From the NCBI GenBank assembly GCA_017991975.1, contig JAGOPM010000001.1, forward strand, positions 463 to 64,462: a stretch of DNA of 64,000 nt, written 5' to 3'. The translations under genes were made by a program, and so were the position numbers. Each line of letters starts with the position of its first letter. The first letter of the stretch is position 1. The notes under the pieces are model-generated. The model saw nothing but the letters and a program-made list of their open reading frames with translations. It had not been told where the DNA came from and made no database searches. Below, piece after piece: positions 1-8,942 of the stretch. This stretch comes from Candidatus Parcubacteria bacterium (lineage in GTDB: Bacteria > Patescibacteriota > Minisyncoccia > Minisyncoccales > JAGOPM01).

Positions 1-2
1 TA

Positions 3-167
3 ATCAGAACAGGAGGGGAGCCTCACAATTCAGACGGATTTTTAATGTGGGATACTGCCAACAGCCAATATATATTCTTGAAAAAATATTGGCCTGATTT
101 CAATGAGTTAGATTTTGCAAAATGCATCAAAGAATATAGTAAACGAGAAAGACGATTGGGAGGATAA
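3..167 (+). CDS. 3' end of an unidentified protein gene (5' part outside window)
   Basis: Frame 3 is open from the window edge to TAA 165-167 (...KYWPDFNELDFAKCIKEYSKRERRLGG*). A strong terminator follows directly. The minus-strand track ORF 23..259 runs through that terminator and is less plausible. Confidence 0.4.
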   Translation: MRTGGEPHNSDGFLMWDTANSQYIFLKKYWPDFNELDFAKCIKEYSKRERRLGG

Positions 168-180
168 AATCTTATAGTTA

Positions 181-205
181 AAAAAGAGGGCAACCTCTTT
201 TTTAA
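181..205 (+). terminator. rho-independent terminator
   Basis: AAAAAGAGG-GCAA-CCTCTTTTT: 9-bp stem, GNRA loop, T-run. Confidence 0.7.
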
Positions 206-206
206 T

Positions 207-235
207 TTGACTAAAAATATATTATATGCTATAAT
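207..235 (+). promoter_or_regulatory. sigma70-type promoter
   Basis: TTGACT (207-212), 17-nt spacer, TATAAT (230-235). Confidence 0.6.
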
Positions 236-272
236 TAATATAAGAACCTTAAAAAACAAAAAGGAGGAAAAA

Positions 273-395
273 ATGAATTTTATCGAATCGCAAATTACTA
301 TCCAAAATAGCTGGATAATAATACTGCTTTATTCAATAGTTTCCTTTGCATTATTACTTTATATGTGTATCTGGAAAGAGAGCGCAGGCAAATAA
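273..395 (+). CDS. small hydrophobic protein (40 aa)
   Basis: AGGAGG lies 7 nt upstream of ATG 273. Product MNFIESQITIQNSWIIILLYSIVSFALLLYMCIWKESAGK has one predicted TM helix. This is the inner start of track ORF 207..395. Confidence 0.35.
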   Translation: MNFIESQITIQNSWIIILLYSIVSFALLLYMCIWKESAGK

Positions 396-501
396 TCTGA
401 AAAATCACTATGGCAGTTAACGTGGCTATTTGCTGCCAAAATAAATACTCTGCAATAAATAACCACAATACCATGCGATGATCCCAAAAAAACTCCAAAA
501 T

Positions 502-542
502 CCGAAAAAGGATGCCACGATCCTTTTTCGGAAAAATTTTTT
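502..542 (+). terminator. perfect 12-bp hairpin, possible terminator
   Basis: CCGAAAAAGGAT-GCCACG-ATCCTTTTTCGG followed by AAAAATTTTTT. The T-run is not immediately adjacent, so the function is uncertain. Confidence 0.4.
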
Positions 543-570
543 CAAGATTAATTATCTGAAAGGAGAAAAA

Positions 571-1158
571 ATGAAAGAACCTCTGAAAAAATGGACCGCA
601 ATCGTTCCAGAAATTAATGATATATCAGAGCTTATTTGGATAAAAAAATTTCCTGAGAAAAAAGATCCTTACTGTTCTACGCCTTGTTTTGCAATTAATT
701 TAGGCGCGGATAGGAATAATACAATTCAAACAAAATTCATTACTACAATTATTAATTATGTTTATTGCATAAAAAAAGATCAGGTCTTGTCTATCGAAGA
801 AATGATAGGTCAAAATTTCTATATTAGAAATTTTTGCCCAAAACCAATGCCCGAGACATTAGAAGAATTAGAAGAAAAAATGTCAAATAATCCAGGCGTT
901 TCCGAATATGGAAAGCTAAAAAAGATTACAAAAATTCCGATTCAAAATACTTCTTCATTTTATAGAAAAAGATTCAAAGTTATACTCCTGATCGCCGAAT
1001 TTAAGATAAAAGGAAAATCAAGAGAAGCATTACTTTGCGATATAGATATCGCTGATCCAAAAAAATTGAATAGTGATATATTCCGCAAAAGAATATTGGC
1101 AGAGAATAATAATTATTCCGGCTCTAAAATAATGGCTATAGAACCATTGGAGATATAA
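571..1158 (+). CDS. hypothetical protein (196 aa)
   Basis: AAAGGAG RBS lies before ATG 571, which is an inner start of track ORF 478..1158. I recognised no family. Confidence 0.6.
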   Translation: MKEPLKKWTAIVPEINDISELIWIKKFPEKKDPYCSTPCFAINLGADRNNTIQTKFITTIINYVYCIKKDQVLSIEEMIGQNFYIRNFCPKPMPETLEELEEKMSNNPGVSEYGKLKKITKIPIQNTSSFYRKRFKVILLIAEFKIKGKSREALLCDIDIADPKKLNSDIFRKRILAENNNYSGSKIMAIEPLEI

Positions 1159-1164
1159 ACAAAT

Positions 1165-1196
1165 TAAAAAAACCTCAAATATTTGAGGTTTTTTTA
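1165..1196. terminator. bidirectional terminator
   Basis: AACCTCAAA/TTTGAGGTT stem flanked by an A-run and a T-run, between convergent genes. Confidence 0.7.
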
Positions 1197-2135
1197 ATTT
1201 AAACTATGGAATTGCTGATGAATATCACGAAGTTTTTTAGATGTAACATGAGTATAAATCTGCGTAGCAGTAATAGATTTATGCCCTAAAAATTCCTGCA
1301 AAATTCTTATATCAACACCTTGAGAAAGGAGATCTGTGGCAAATGTATGACGCAATACATGCGGAGTAGTATTCAATGGCAAACCGGCTTTAATAATATA
1401 ATATTTCATTACTTTTTCTATATATCGTGGAGTTAAACGCCTGTCAGAACCTTTTTTTGTACGGTAATTTATAAATAAAGGTTTAAATTCATCTTTGCGA
1501 GAATCCAGATATTTTTTTATCCATTCCAATGCTCGAGAGGAAAAATAAACTGTGCGCGTTTTCTGGCCTTTTCCGACAATCGCTAATTCAAAATCATTTT
1601 TTCCAACAACTGGTTTAATTTGTTCTCGATTAAGCGAAACTAATTCTGAAATACGCATTCCAGTTGAAAAAAAAGTTTCCAATATTGCGCGATCACGCAA
1701 TCCTTGAATAGTTTTGACATCTGGCATGTCCAAGAGCTTCTTAAGCTGTTCTAAGGTCAAAAATCTCACTGGTTTTTCATCTTTTTGCCTTGATAATTCT
1801 ATCTTATCAGACGGCAAAGAATTTATATCGCGTTTTGAAAAATAATTTAACAAAGATCTTAAAGCGATTAAATAGTAATTTTGAGTTGATTTTTTAAGAG
1901 GGGAGCCGGCATGGTCATTTTGACGGGAGAGGTAGACTCGGTACTTCCAAACATGATCAGCAGTAAGTTGGTGAGGTAATAGATCTTGCAGATTATTTTT
2001 TTTCAACCAATCTAAAAATTTTTTCAAGAAGCGGGAATAATTTTCCTGAGTTTTTGATGATAATCCTTTCTCAATCTCTAAATAATCCAAAAAATCATTT
2101 ATATGCTGGGGAAGTGGTTTTTTTGAATTTTCCAT
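1194..2135 (-). CDS. tyrosine recombinase, XerC/XerD family
   Basis: N-terminal SAM-like core-binding domain. C-terminal catalytic region ...LRHTFATDLL...FLGHKSITATQIYTHV carries the R..HxxR..H..Y signature. Confidence 0.9.
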   Translation of the reverse strand: MENSKKPLPQHINDFLDYLEIEKGLSSKTQENYSRFLKKFLDWLKKNNLQDLLPHQLTADHVWKYRVYLSRQNDHAGSPLKKSTQNYYLIALRSLLNYFSKRDINSLPSDKIELSRQKDEKPVRFLTLEQLKKLLDMPDVKTIQGLRDRAILETFFSTGMRISELVSLNREQIKPVVGKNDFELAIVGKGQKTRTVYFSSRALEWIKKYLDSRKDEFKPLFINYRTKKGSDRRLTPRYIEKVMKYYIIKAGLPLNTTPHVLRHTFATDLLSQGVDIRILQEFLGHKSITATQIYTHVTSKKLRDIHQQFHSLN

Positions 2136-2162
2136 ATATACCAGGAAGGAGCCCCTTCCATA

Positions 2163-2190
2163 TATTCGCTTAAGTTAAATTATGCGAACC
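2163..2190. other. dif-like Xer recombination site candidate (11-6-11)
   Basis: TATTCGCTTAA-GTTAAA-TTATGCGAACC. The arms form an imperfect inverted repeat (8/11). The site lies 28 bp upstream of the xer start. Confidence 0.5.
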
Positions 2191-2230
2191 TTTATAGATA
2201 TCCTTATAATATGCCAAACAAGCTATCTTT

Positions 2231-2632
2231 TCAATACCCTGCCGCGCTAATAGATTGTTTTTCGTTAAAGAATTCTAATATTTTTTTAATAATTTCAAAG
2301 CTGTAAAACTTCTCTACTGCTTTTGATCTCAATTCAGATAATTTCTCCGCAAAAGCCGACATAATTCCCGCTTTAAACCTGGCTTGGATATCTCTTGCCC
2401 AAAAACTGGCCTTAGGAGCGATTTTTGTATTATAGAAGTTATATATTACCTTTTGAAAATCTTTTAATATCTCTACGCTTGTTTTTATACCTTGTTGAAT
2501 ATACTCTGATCCTTGATTGGAAACTTTTTCCATATCAATCGGTATAATTTGAGCGTTGGCAAAATTCAAACATATTAAACAAAATGCACAAGTTGCAAAA
2601 AATAAAATTTTATTTCTAATTTTATCTATCAT
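2231..2632 (-). CDS. secreted hypothetical protein (133 aa)
   Basis: N-terminal signal-peptide-like segment (ILFFATCAFCLICLNFANA). 4-nt overlap with the gltX stop. Confidence 0.6.
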   Translation of the reverse strand: MIDKIRNKILFFATCAFCLICLNFANAQIIPIDMEKVSNQGSEYIQQGIKTSVEILKDFQKVIYNFYNTKIAPKASFWARDIQARFKAGIMSAFAEKLSELRSKAVEKFYSFEIIKKILEFFNEKQSISAAGY

Positions 2633-4143
2633 AAAATTTTATTTTTTGCATTTTTGATTCTTTTCAAAGTTTTTTCCTTTCCTAAGATTTCAGCTATTTC
2701 AAAAGGTCCGGCAGAAGCTTCTTTCCCTGATAAAGCTACTCTCAAAGGCCAAAGCAGATAACCTCTTTTTTTTATTACACTGCCATTAGCCTGAAATTCA
2801 TTTTCCAATATTTCTTGTATCTTTCCCCTATTCCATTCGGTATCTTCAATTTTTGACAATATTTCATATAATTTGTCAAGCGATATTCTTAAATCATCTT
2901 GAGTCATTTCTTTCCAGATAAGAATTTTTTTATCATATTCAGGAATATCAACATAAAAATAAGATGTTAAATCTGATATTTCAGAAAGCTTAGATAATCT
3001 TTCTTGATAAATAGAAATAGTGTTGCTAATAAATTCTTTACTTAATTCCTCATTATTCATCTTCGAGACATATTTTCCACTTCTCTCTTCAATCAAGCCA
3101 GATCTAATTAAATAAGGTAAACACAAATTAAATAAATCTTCTATTTTTTTATTTCTTATATATATTCCATTATACCAATCAAGTTTTACGACATTGAATA
3201 TCGCTCCACTTTTCTGGCATCTTTCTAAAGAAAAAATATTCTCTAACTCGGGAAGAGAAAAAATTTCCTGTTCTGTCCCAGGATTCCAGCCAAGGAAAGA
3301 TATAAAATTTATTAAAGCATCATTTAAATATCCAGACTCTCTATATTCTCTTATTGCCTGGACATTATGCCTCTTAGACAATTTGGTATGATCTGATCCT
3401 AAAATAAGCGGAATATGGGCGAATTTAGGGCTTTTAAAGCCAAAAGCTTCTTGCATCAATATCTGCTTTGGAGTATTAGGCACATGGTCTTCTCCTCTAA
3501 TTACATGAGTAATTTTCATGTCATTATCGTCAATTACAGCAGCAAGATTATATAATGGCTTGTCTATCTCCGTAGCAATCACAAAATCTCCGAATAGCGC
3601 AGTATCAAATTTTATTTTTCCTAAAATTAAATCTTGAAATTCAATGATTTTCCCAGGATTCTTCAATCTAATCACATAAGGAATATTTTCTTGGAGATTC
3701 TTTTCTATTTCTTGCTGATTCAGACTCAAACATTTCCTATCATATAAATATTGTTTCCCTTTGCTTTCCGCAAAATCTTTTTTTCCTTCAAGTTCTTCTT
3801 TAGTGCAAAAACAATAATAAGCTTTTCCTTCATCAATCAATTTCTTTATCATCTCTTTGTAAATTTCTTTTCTATTGCTTTGATAATAAAGATAATCATC
3901 CCCTTTCCCCGGTCCTTCATCCCAATCAAGTCCGAGCCAATGCAAACCTTCTATCAAATCAGCTTCATATTTCTTATCAGATCTTGCTTCATCAGTATCT
4001 TCTATTCTTAAAATAAAAGTTCCGTTATTTTTTTTAGTAAATAAATAATTGAATAAGCAAGTTCTAACACTTCCAATATGCAAGAAGCCTGTCGGAGACG
4101 GAGCAAATCTTGTTCTAATTTTTTGAATCTGTTCTTTTTCCAT
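2629..4143 (-). CDS. gltX: glutamyl-tRNA synthetase
   Basis: Class I motifs RFAPSPTGFLHIG and KLSKR. I use ATG 4143; the track's TTG start at 4179 adds 12 atypical residues. Confidence 0.93.
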   Translation of the reverse strand: MEKEQIQKIRTRFAPSPTGFLHIGSVRTCLFNYLFTKKNNGTFILRIEDTDEARSDKKYEADLIEGLHWLGLDWDEGPGKGDDYLYYQSNRKEIYKEMIKKLIDEGKAYYCFCTKEELEGKKDFAESKGKQYLYDRKCLSLNQQEIEKNLQENIPYVIRLKNPGKIIEFQDLILGKIKFDTALFGDFVIATEIDKPLYNLAAVIDDNDMKITHVIRGEDHVPNTPKQILMQEAFGFKSPKFAHIPLILGSDHTKLSKRHNVQAIREYRESGYLNDALINFISFLGWNPGTEQEIFSLPELENIFSLERCQKSGAIFNVVKLDWYNGIYIRNKKIEDLFNLCLPYLIRSGLIEERSGKYVSKMNNEELSKEFISNTISIYQERLSKLSEISDLTSYFYVDIPEYDKKILIWKEMTQDDLRISLDKLYEILSKIEDTEWNRGKIQEILENEFQANGSVIKKRGYLLWPLRVALSGKEASAGPFEIAEILGKEKTLKRIKNAKNKIL

Positions 4144-4175
4144 GTTTTTTATCTTAATAAAAAAAATATTAAAAA

Positions 4176-5348
4176 TCAAAAATTCGTTATCAAGGAATCC
4201 CTCAAATATTTTGCTATATTCTGAGCTGCCAAAGGAGTTGAAAAATCTTTAGCTCCTTGCTGCATTTTTACGTACTCTTCTGAATTTTGCAGTATCTGTC
4301 TCATATTTTCCAAAAGAATATGCGGAGAGCAATTTGACTGTTCAATCACAACGCAAGCTCCGTATTTTTCATATGTATAAGCATTCTTACATTGATGGTC
4401 CTGAGCCGAATCAGGAAGAGGAATAATTATACTTGGCATATAATTTGCCGCAATTTCAAAAATATTTCCAGCGCCTGCTCTGCTTATAATCAAATCAGCA
4501 GATGAATAAGCATTTTGCAATTCCCCTTCATTTAGATATCCATAAAGCTTGTAACGATTCCTATTCTCTTCTTTTAAAATAACATCAGCTTCCCTTTTGA
4601 CTTTTTTCTCATTTACACTTCCGCATTGATGTATCACTTGATACATTGAAAGCATTTTTTCTAAAATTTCCAAAACAATATCATTTATATATTGCGCCCC
4701 CTGAGATCCACCTAAAAATAATATTGTTTTTATGCTTTGATTAAATCCAAAGTATTGGCAACCAGAAATCTTATCTTTTCTAATTATCGAATATCTAACA
4801 GGATTTCCGATAAAAACTCCTTTATTGGCAAATTCTCCCCTATCTTGAGTTTCTTTAAATGCTGTAAAAACAGTCTGACAAAATTTGCTCAATATTTTAT
4901 TTGTCATTCCACTTACAACATCTGATTCATGGAGAAATATCTTTCTGCGGAATATCCAAGAATTAAAAACTACGGGAAATGATCCATATCCGCCTTTTGA
5001 AAAAACACATCTTGGCCTAATAAAAAGCAAAAGAAAAAAAGATTGGATAAGACCAAGTGGTATAAAGAAAAATAAATCAAAAAAATTTTGGAATATAGAT
5101 ATTGGGTTCAAATATCTTCTTATTTTCCCTGAAAAAATAGAATAAACTTTTATTCCCTCTTTTTTAAGTTCTTTATCATAAAATTTATCTCTCGGTCCGA
5201 TATAATACATTCTTAATGTCTTTTCTTTTATCCTTCCCTTCTTATCAGTAAATCTTGTATTCGGAACTATCTTTTTCAATTCTCGCGCAACAGCAATTAT
5301 CGGTATTATATGACCGCCAGAACCTCCGCCTGTGAAAATAATTTTCAT
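4176..5348 (-). CDS. murG: UDP-GlcNAc:lipid I N-acetylglucosaminyltransferase MurG
   Basis: N-terminal GGGSGGHIIP signature, GT-B fold length, dcw context. Confidence 0.9.
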   Translation of the reverse strand: MKIIFTGGGSGGHIIPIIAVARELKKIVPNTRFTDKKGRIKEKTLRMYYIGPRDKFYDKELKKEGIKVYSIFSGKIRRYLNPISIFQNFFDLFFFIPLGLIQSFFLLLFIRPRCVFSKGGYGSFPVVFNSWIFRRKIFLHESDVVSGMTNKILSKFCQTVFTAFKETQDRGEFANKGVFIGNPVRYSIIRKDKISGCQYFGFNQSIKTILFLGGSQGAQYINDIVLEILEKMLSMYQVIHQCGSVNEKKVKREADVILKEENRNRYKLYGYLNEGELQNAYSSADLIISRAGAGNIFEIAANYMPSIIIPLPDSAQDHQCKNAYTYEKYGACVVIEQSNCSPHILLENMRQILQNSEEYVKMQQGAKDFSTPLAAQNIAKYLRDSLITNF

Positions 5349-6424
5349 ATTTGCTTTGAAATGTTTAATAATAATCCGACCGCTGTTAATCCAGCAATCA
5401 ATGAAGACCCGCCCATACTTACAAAAGGCAAAGGCAAACCTGTAATCGGAAACAATCCTATCGCTGAACTAATATTAACAAAAGCTTGACCAATTATCCA
5501 AATAACTATCCCAAAAGAAACAAGCCTCATGAATTCGCTTCTTGATTTTTTAGCAATATTGAATCCCTGCAACATGAAATATAGATATAAAAACAATATA
5601 GCTATAGCGCCAATGAATCCAAGTTGCTCGCAGACTATAGCAAATATCGAGTCAGTCATAGGTTGTGGCAAAAAACCCATTTTTTGTTTACTCAAACCAA
5701 GTCCCAAACCAGTAATACCTCCTGATCCTATAGAGATAAGCGACTGTTTCTGCTGCCATCCAGCACCCATTGGATCTAAATCAGGATTCAAAAATAATTC
5801 AACTCTCTGCAACCTATATGGCTCAAATTTAATTAAAATAAAAATTCCGATAATTCCTATTAATACCATCAAAAAAGAATGTTGCCAAGGAGCATCTGAC
5901 AAAAAATACATTACCAGAAAAATTGCTGAAAGAACCATTAATGTGCTCATATCCTTTTGGACAAGTATTGGAATAATCAAAAGGAAAAAAACAAAAAAAA
6001 TTCTAATAAAATCTCCATAGCTCCTTATCCTATTAGTGGTCAATTTTTTAGCTAAAAAAATTATAAAAGCCAGTTTAAAAAATTCTGAAGGCTGGATAGA
6101 AGTAAAACCTAAATTTATCCAACGACTCGCTCCACCAGCTTTTATTCCGATTCCAGGAATAAAAACAATAAGCATCAATATTACTGTAGCTAAAGTTATA
6201 TATTCTGCATTTTTCTTAAAAAAATCAATGGGAACTTTAAATGCCAAAAAGCCGCCAAATAAACCAACAAGAACAGACGCTAAATGTTTCAAAAAAATAG
6301 AATAAGTATTTCCATATACTTTCTGAGAAAAAGGCGCCGATACATCAGCTATGCAAAGAACTCCCAAGACCAGCAGAATAGATATTGCGACCAATATATT
6401 ATAATTAATCGATGACGATTTCAT
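5345..6424 (-). CDS. ftsW: SEDS-family peptidoglycan glycosyltransferase FtsW
   Basis: Polytopic membrane protein with C-terminal GLPLPFVSMGGSS motif. Lies between murD and murG. Confidence 0.9.
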   Translation of the reverse strand: MKSSSINYNILVAISILLVLGVLCIADVSAPFSQKVYGNTYSIFLKHLASVLVGLFGGFLAFKVPIDFFKKNAEYITLATVILMLIVFIPGIGIKAGGASRWINLGFTSIQPSEFFKLAFIIFLAKKLTTNRIRSYGDFIRIFFVFFLLIIPILVQKDMSTLMVLSAIFLVMYFLSDAPWQHSFLMVLIGIIGIFILIKFEPYRLQRVELFLNPDLDPMGAGWQQKQSLISIGSGGITGLGLGLSKQKMGFLPQPMTDSIFAIVCEQLGFIGAIAILFLYLYFMLQGFNIAKKSRSEFMRLVSFGIVIWIIGQAFVNISSAIGLFPITGLPLPFVSMGGSSLIAGLTAVGLLLNISKQI

Positions 6425-7629
6425 TTATAATTGTTTATATATTTTTTAAATTGATCCCCTCTATCTTTATAATCTTTAAACATTCCAAAACTTGGAGAAG
6501 CGCAAGATAATAGACAGGTATTTTTAGCGTTTTTGAAGCATAAATCAACGGCCTCCTTCATATTTTTAGCAAAAAAAATCTTCGGTAATTCCTTTTTGAG
6601 TTTCTCCATCTCTTTCAATATTCTATCACCCGATCCATGAAAAAAAATTATAGTTCTGATATTTTCAGTTTCTAAAACTTTTTTTGCTAAACCAGAATAA
6701 TCTATCCCCCTATCAAAACCTCCTAAGATAATAGTATCTAAATTAGGTCCTATTGTGTTAATTGCGTATTCTGTAGCTTGAGGAATTGTTGCCAATGAAT
6801 CATTATAAAATTTTATACCTTTAACATTACCAACAAATTCCAGTCTATGCTCTAATCCTTGATAAGAATTAAAAGTCTTCTGGAGAATCTGATCACTTAT
6901 GCTCAGTATCTTAGCAACAGCGCAAACTACTCCTAAATTATCAGGATGTATCTTGTCGTTATTAATACTTTTAAAATTTATTAATTTAGCCTTAGTTTTT
7001 ATATCTAAATTAGTTATCAAATAATCTTCCGACTTCTGATATTTAGTTATATTTTTTTTAGCATTTTGATATTGTGTAAAATTTTTATAATAATCCAAAT
7101 GTTCAGGATATATATTTAAAATAACTGCTATATAAGGTCTAATTCTCGCGTTAAAAAGCTGATGAGAAGAAAGTTCATAGACGCACCAATCAGTTTCTTT
7201 AGAGGTAATAGTTTTTTTTAATGCAGCTGTTCCTATATTGCCCAATAGACAAACATTATAACCTGCATTCTTTAACAATAGATAAGTCAAAGATGAAGTG
7301 CTGGACTTTCCTTTCGTTCCGGTTATTCCTATTATCTTGCCTTTAAAATTATCAAAAAAAATTTCAGTGCTCGATATTATTTTATCAGAATCAAAATAAT
7401 TTATTCCTGGAGATTTTATCACTACATCATAATCTTTCACAGATTTCAAATAATCTTTCCCCAAATGAAGCTTAACTCTCTTATCTTTAATTTTTATTTC
7501 TTCATTTTTATCAGCCACTCCTATTTCTTGTTCAGGAAAAAGTTTCAAAATGAAATCTAAAGCATCTTTCCCTTCCCTTCCATATCCTAATATCAATATC
7601 TTCTTGTCTTTTAAATCTTGGATTTTCAT
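6421..7629 (-). CDS. murD: UDP-MurNAc-L-Ala--glutamate ligase MurD
   Basis: Mur-ligase P-loop GITGTKGKSST and dcw position. At 402 aa it is shorter than typical MurD. Confidence 0.85.
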   Translation of the reverse strand: MKIQDLKDKKILILGYGREGKDALDFILKLFPEQEIGVADKNEEIKIKDKRVKLHLGKDYLKSVKDYDVVIKSPGINYFDSDKIISSTEIFFDNFKGKIIGITGTKGKSSTSSLTYLLLKNAGYNVCLLGNIGTAALKKTITSKETDWCVYELSSHQLFNARIRPYIAVILNIYPEHLDYYKNFTQYQNAKKNITKYQKSEDYLITNLDIKTKAKLINFKSINNDKIHPDNLGVVCAVAKILSISDQILQKTFNSYQGLEHRLEFVGNVKGIKFYNDSLATIPQATEYAINTIGPNLDTIILGGFDRGIDYSGLAKKVLETENIRTIIFFHGSGDRILKEMEKLKKELPKIFFAKNMKEAVDLCFKNAKNTCLLSCASPSFGMFKDYKDRGDQFKKYINNYK

Positions 7630-8942
7630 TTCAAATATTTTATTAATTTATCAGGTATATTATGTTTCGGATAAAAATCATCAAGCATTTTTTCGGCTTT
7701 TTGCAAACTAACTTTAGGTATGGATCTTTTAAAATATCTCAAAAGATAAGGAAGATCATTTTTATCTTTATTCAGAGACATAATCATCGAAGCTATCGCT
7801 TCTTTTCTTGTTCCAACACACTCAAAAGGCTTAATTTTTGATAGTCCTATCAATCCTTTGAATATCGGTAATAATTCTTCATCTTCAAATAAATTCTTTT
7901 TGAATATTTTTACTAATTCATCTTTTTCCATAAAAGGATAAAGCATCATAAAAACAAAAAGGCATTTAGGGCATTTTCCGCACCATTTGTAGCTTTTGTC
8001 AGCTTGGCCGATATTGCAACTCAAAAATTTTCCATGATATTGTTTTAATTCCGAAAATTTTTTAGCTATCTGAATTTCGTGCCATGGCCTTAAAAAACTA
8101 AAATATTCTATATCTTTTGAAATATATTTTTTGTAATATTTCCTGAATTTATTTTCAAAATCCAAACTCTTGGAATATTGGTGATTTATTTCTTTTCCTA
8201 AATAAAAAGTATTCCCTTCGCTGGCGCTTCTTTCATTTGAAATAACAACATATTTCATCTGATAAATAGCAGCTATCGCAATTCCTAAAAAAGCTATGAA
8301 GGCTGAAAATGGAGTATGTCCATTTAAAAATCCTTTCTTGTTGAGCTCTAATAATTTTGGATCAATTATCCTTTCCAAAATAATCGATTTTTGCCCGGAT
8401 TCTCTAATCACGTTCAATGAAGGTGATGTACTGAAAGCAAAGCAAATTGGACTAAGATCTTTTAATAATTCTAACGTCACGACTGAATCTTTCCCACCTC
8501 CTATTCCCACCAATGGCAATTCTTTCAAATTTAAATCAATTTTTTCATGGATTTTATCTCCATAAGAAATAATTTTCAAAAAATCTTTTGCTTTAAAATT
8601 AATCTTATTTTCGTAGAAATATTGACCCATTCCATTTGTTATAAGATCTTTCCAAAATTTTAGTTGGTCATTGTTTAGCTTTCCAGCTCTTATTTCTATC
8701 ACCGGAGAACAAGTCGCCTTCCAATAACTTATCATCTCAATCATACCTATATTAAAAACAAAATTAGCATAATCGGTATCTTTAAAATCAGAAGGCAAAG
8801 GTATCTTAATCCTATGATTAAATTCAATATCATTTCCAGATTTGAATTTAAAATCCATTATAAAATTTCCGGCTTCTTTCTTGTACGAATAAGAATCGAA
8901 TATGAATTTACTATATTTTTTTCTCAATTCTTTGTATTTCAT
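7626..8942 (-). CDS. PP-loop ATP-pyrophosphatase-like protein embedded in the dcw operon (possible MurL-type enzyme)
   Basis: Contains GIGGGKDS (an SGGxDS-like PP-loop) and a CGKCPKC zinc motif. 4-nt overlaps with mraY upstream and murD downstream. The CDS is solid; the function is inferred. Confidence 0.75.
   Translation of the reverse strand: MKYKELRKKYSKFIFDSYSYKKEAGNFIMDFKFKSGNDIEFNHRIKIPLPSDFKDTDYANFVFNIGMIEMISYWKATCSPVIEIRAGKLNNDQLKFWKDLITNGMGQYFYENKINFKAKDFLKIISYGDKIHEKIDLNLKELPLVGIGGGKDSVVTLELLKDLSPICFAFSTSPSLNVIRESGQKSIILERIIDPKLLELNKKGFLNGHTPFSAFIAFLGIAIAAIYQMKYVVISNERSASEGNTFYLGKEINHQYSKSLDFENKFRKYYKKYISKDIEYFSFLRPWHEIQIAKKFSELKQYHGKFLSCNIGQADKSYKWCGKCPKCLFVFMMLYPFMEKDELVKIFKKNLFEDEELLPIFKGLIGLSKIKPFECVGTRKEAIASMIMSLNKDKNDLPYLLRYFKRSIPKVSLQKAEKMLDDFYPKHNIPDKLIKYLK

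Noticed and set aside
23-259. 78-aa minus-strand track ORF.
   Set aside because: It runs through a strong + strand terminator and promoter, is low-complexity, and competes with the open + frame that ends at 167.
1194-2135. Integrase marking an integrated mobile element or prophage.
   Set aside because: There is no flanking tRNA, no direct repeats, and no phage or transposon genes. The protein has the XerC/D layout and a dif-like site lies next to it.
2143-2170. GGAAGG-AGCC-CCTTCC hairpin directly upstream of the xer start, considered as a regulatory structure or terminator.
   Set aside because: The stem is short and has no T-run on either strand. There is too little evidence to call a function beyond its proximity to the dif-like site.
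4144-4179. N-terminal extensions from non-ATG track starts: gltX TTG 4179, valS TTG 14415, obg TTG 38607. pyrG 59733 was also trimmed, although I did not check its start codon.
   Set aside because: The extensions add residues not seen at the N-termini of these conserved families. Canonical ATG starts matching the family N-termini lie just downstream.
5529-6020. Long antisense ORFs inside conserved genes. Besides this one, examples are 8296-8565, 12530-12886, 24577-24903, 47191-47616 and 61778-62074.
   Set aside because: They lie opposite well-supported genes (ftsW, the PP-loop ORF, valS, eno, the acidic protein, rplL). Their Ser/Phe/Ile-rich composition is typical of shadow frames, and they have no RBS.
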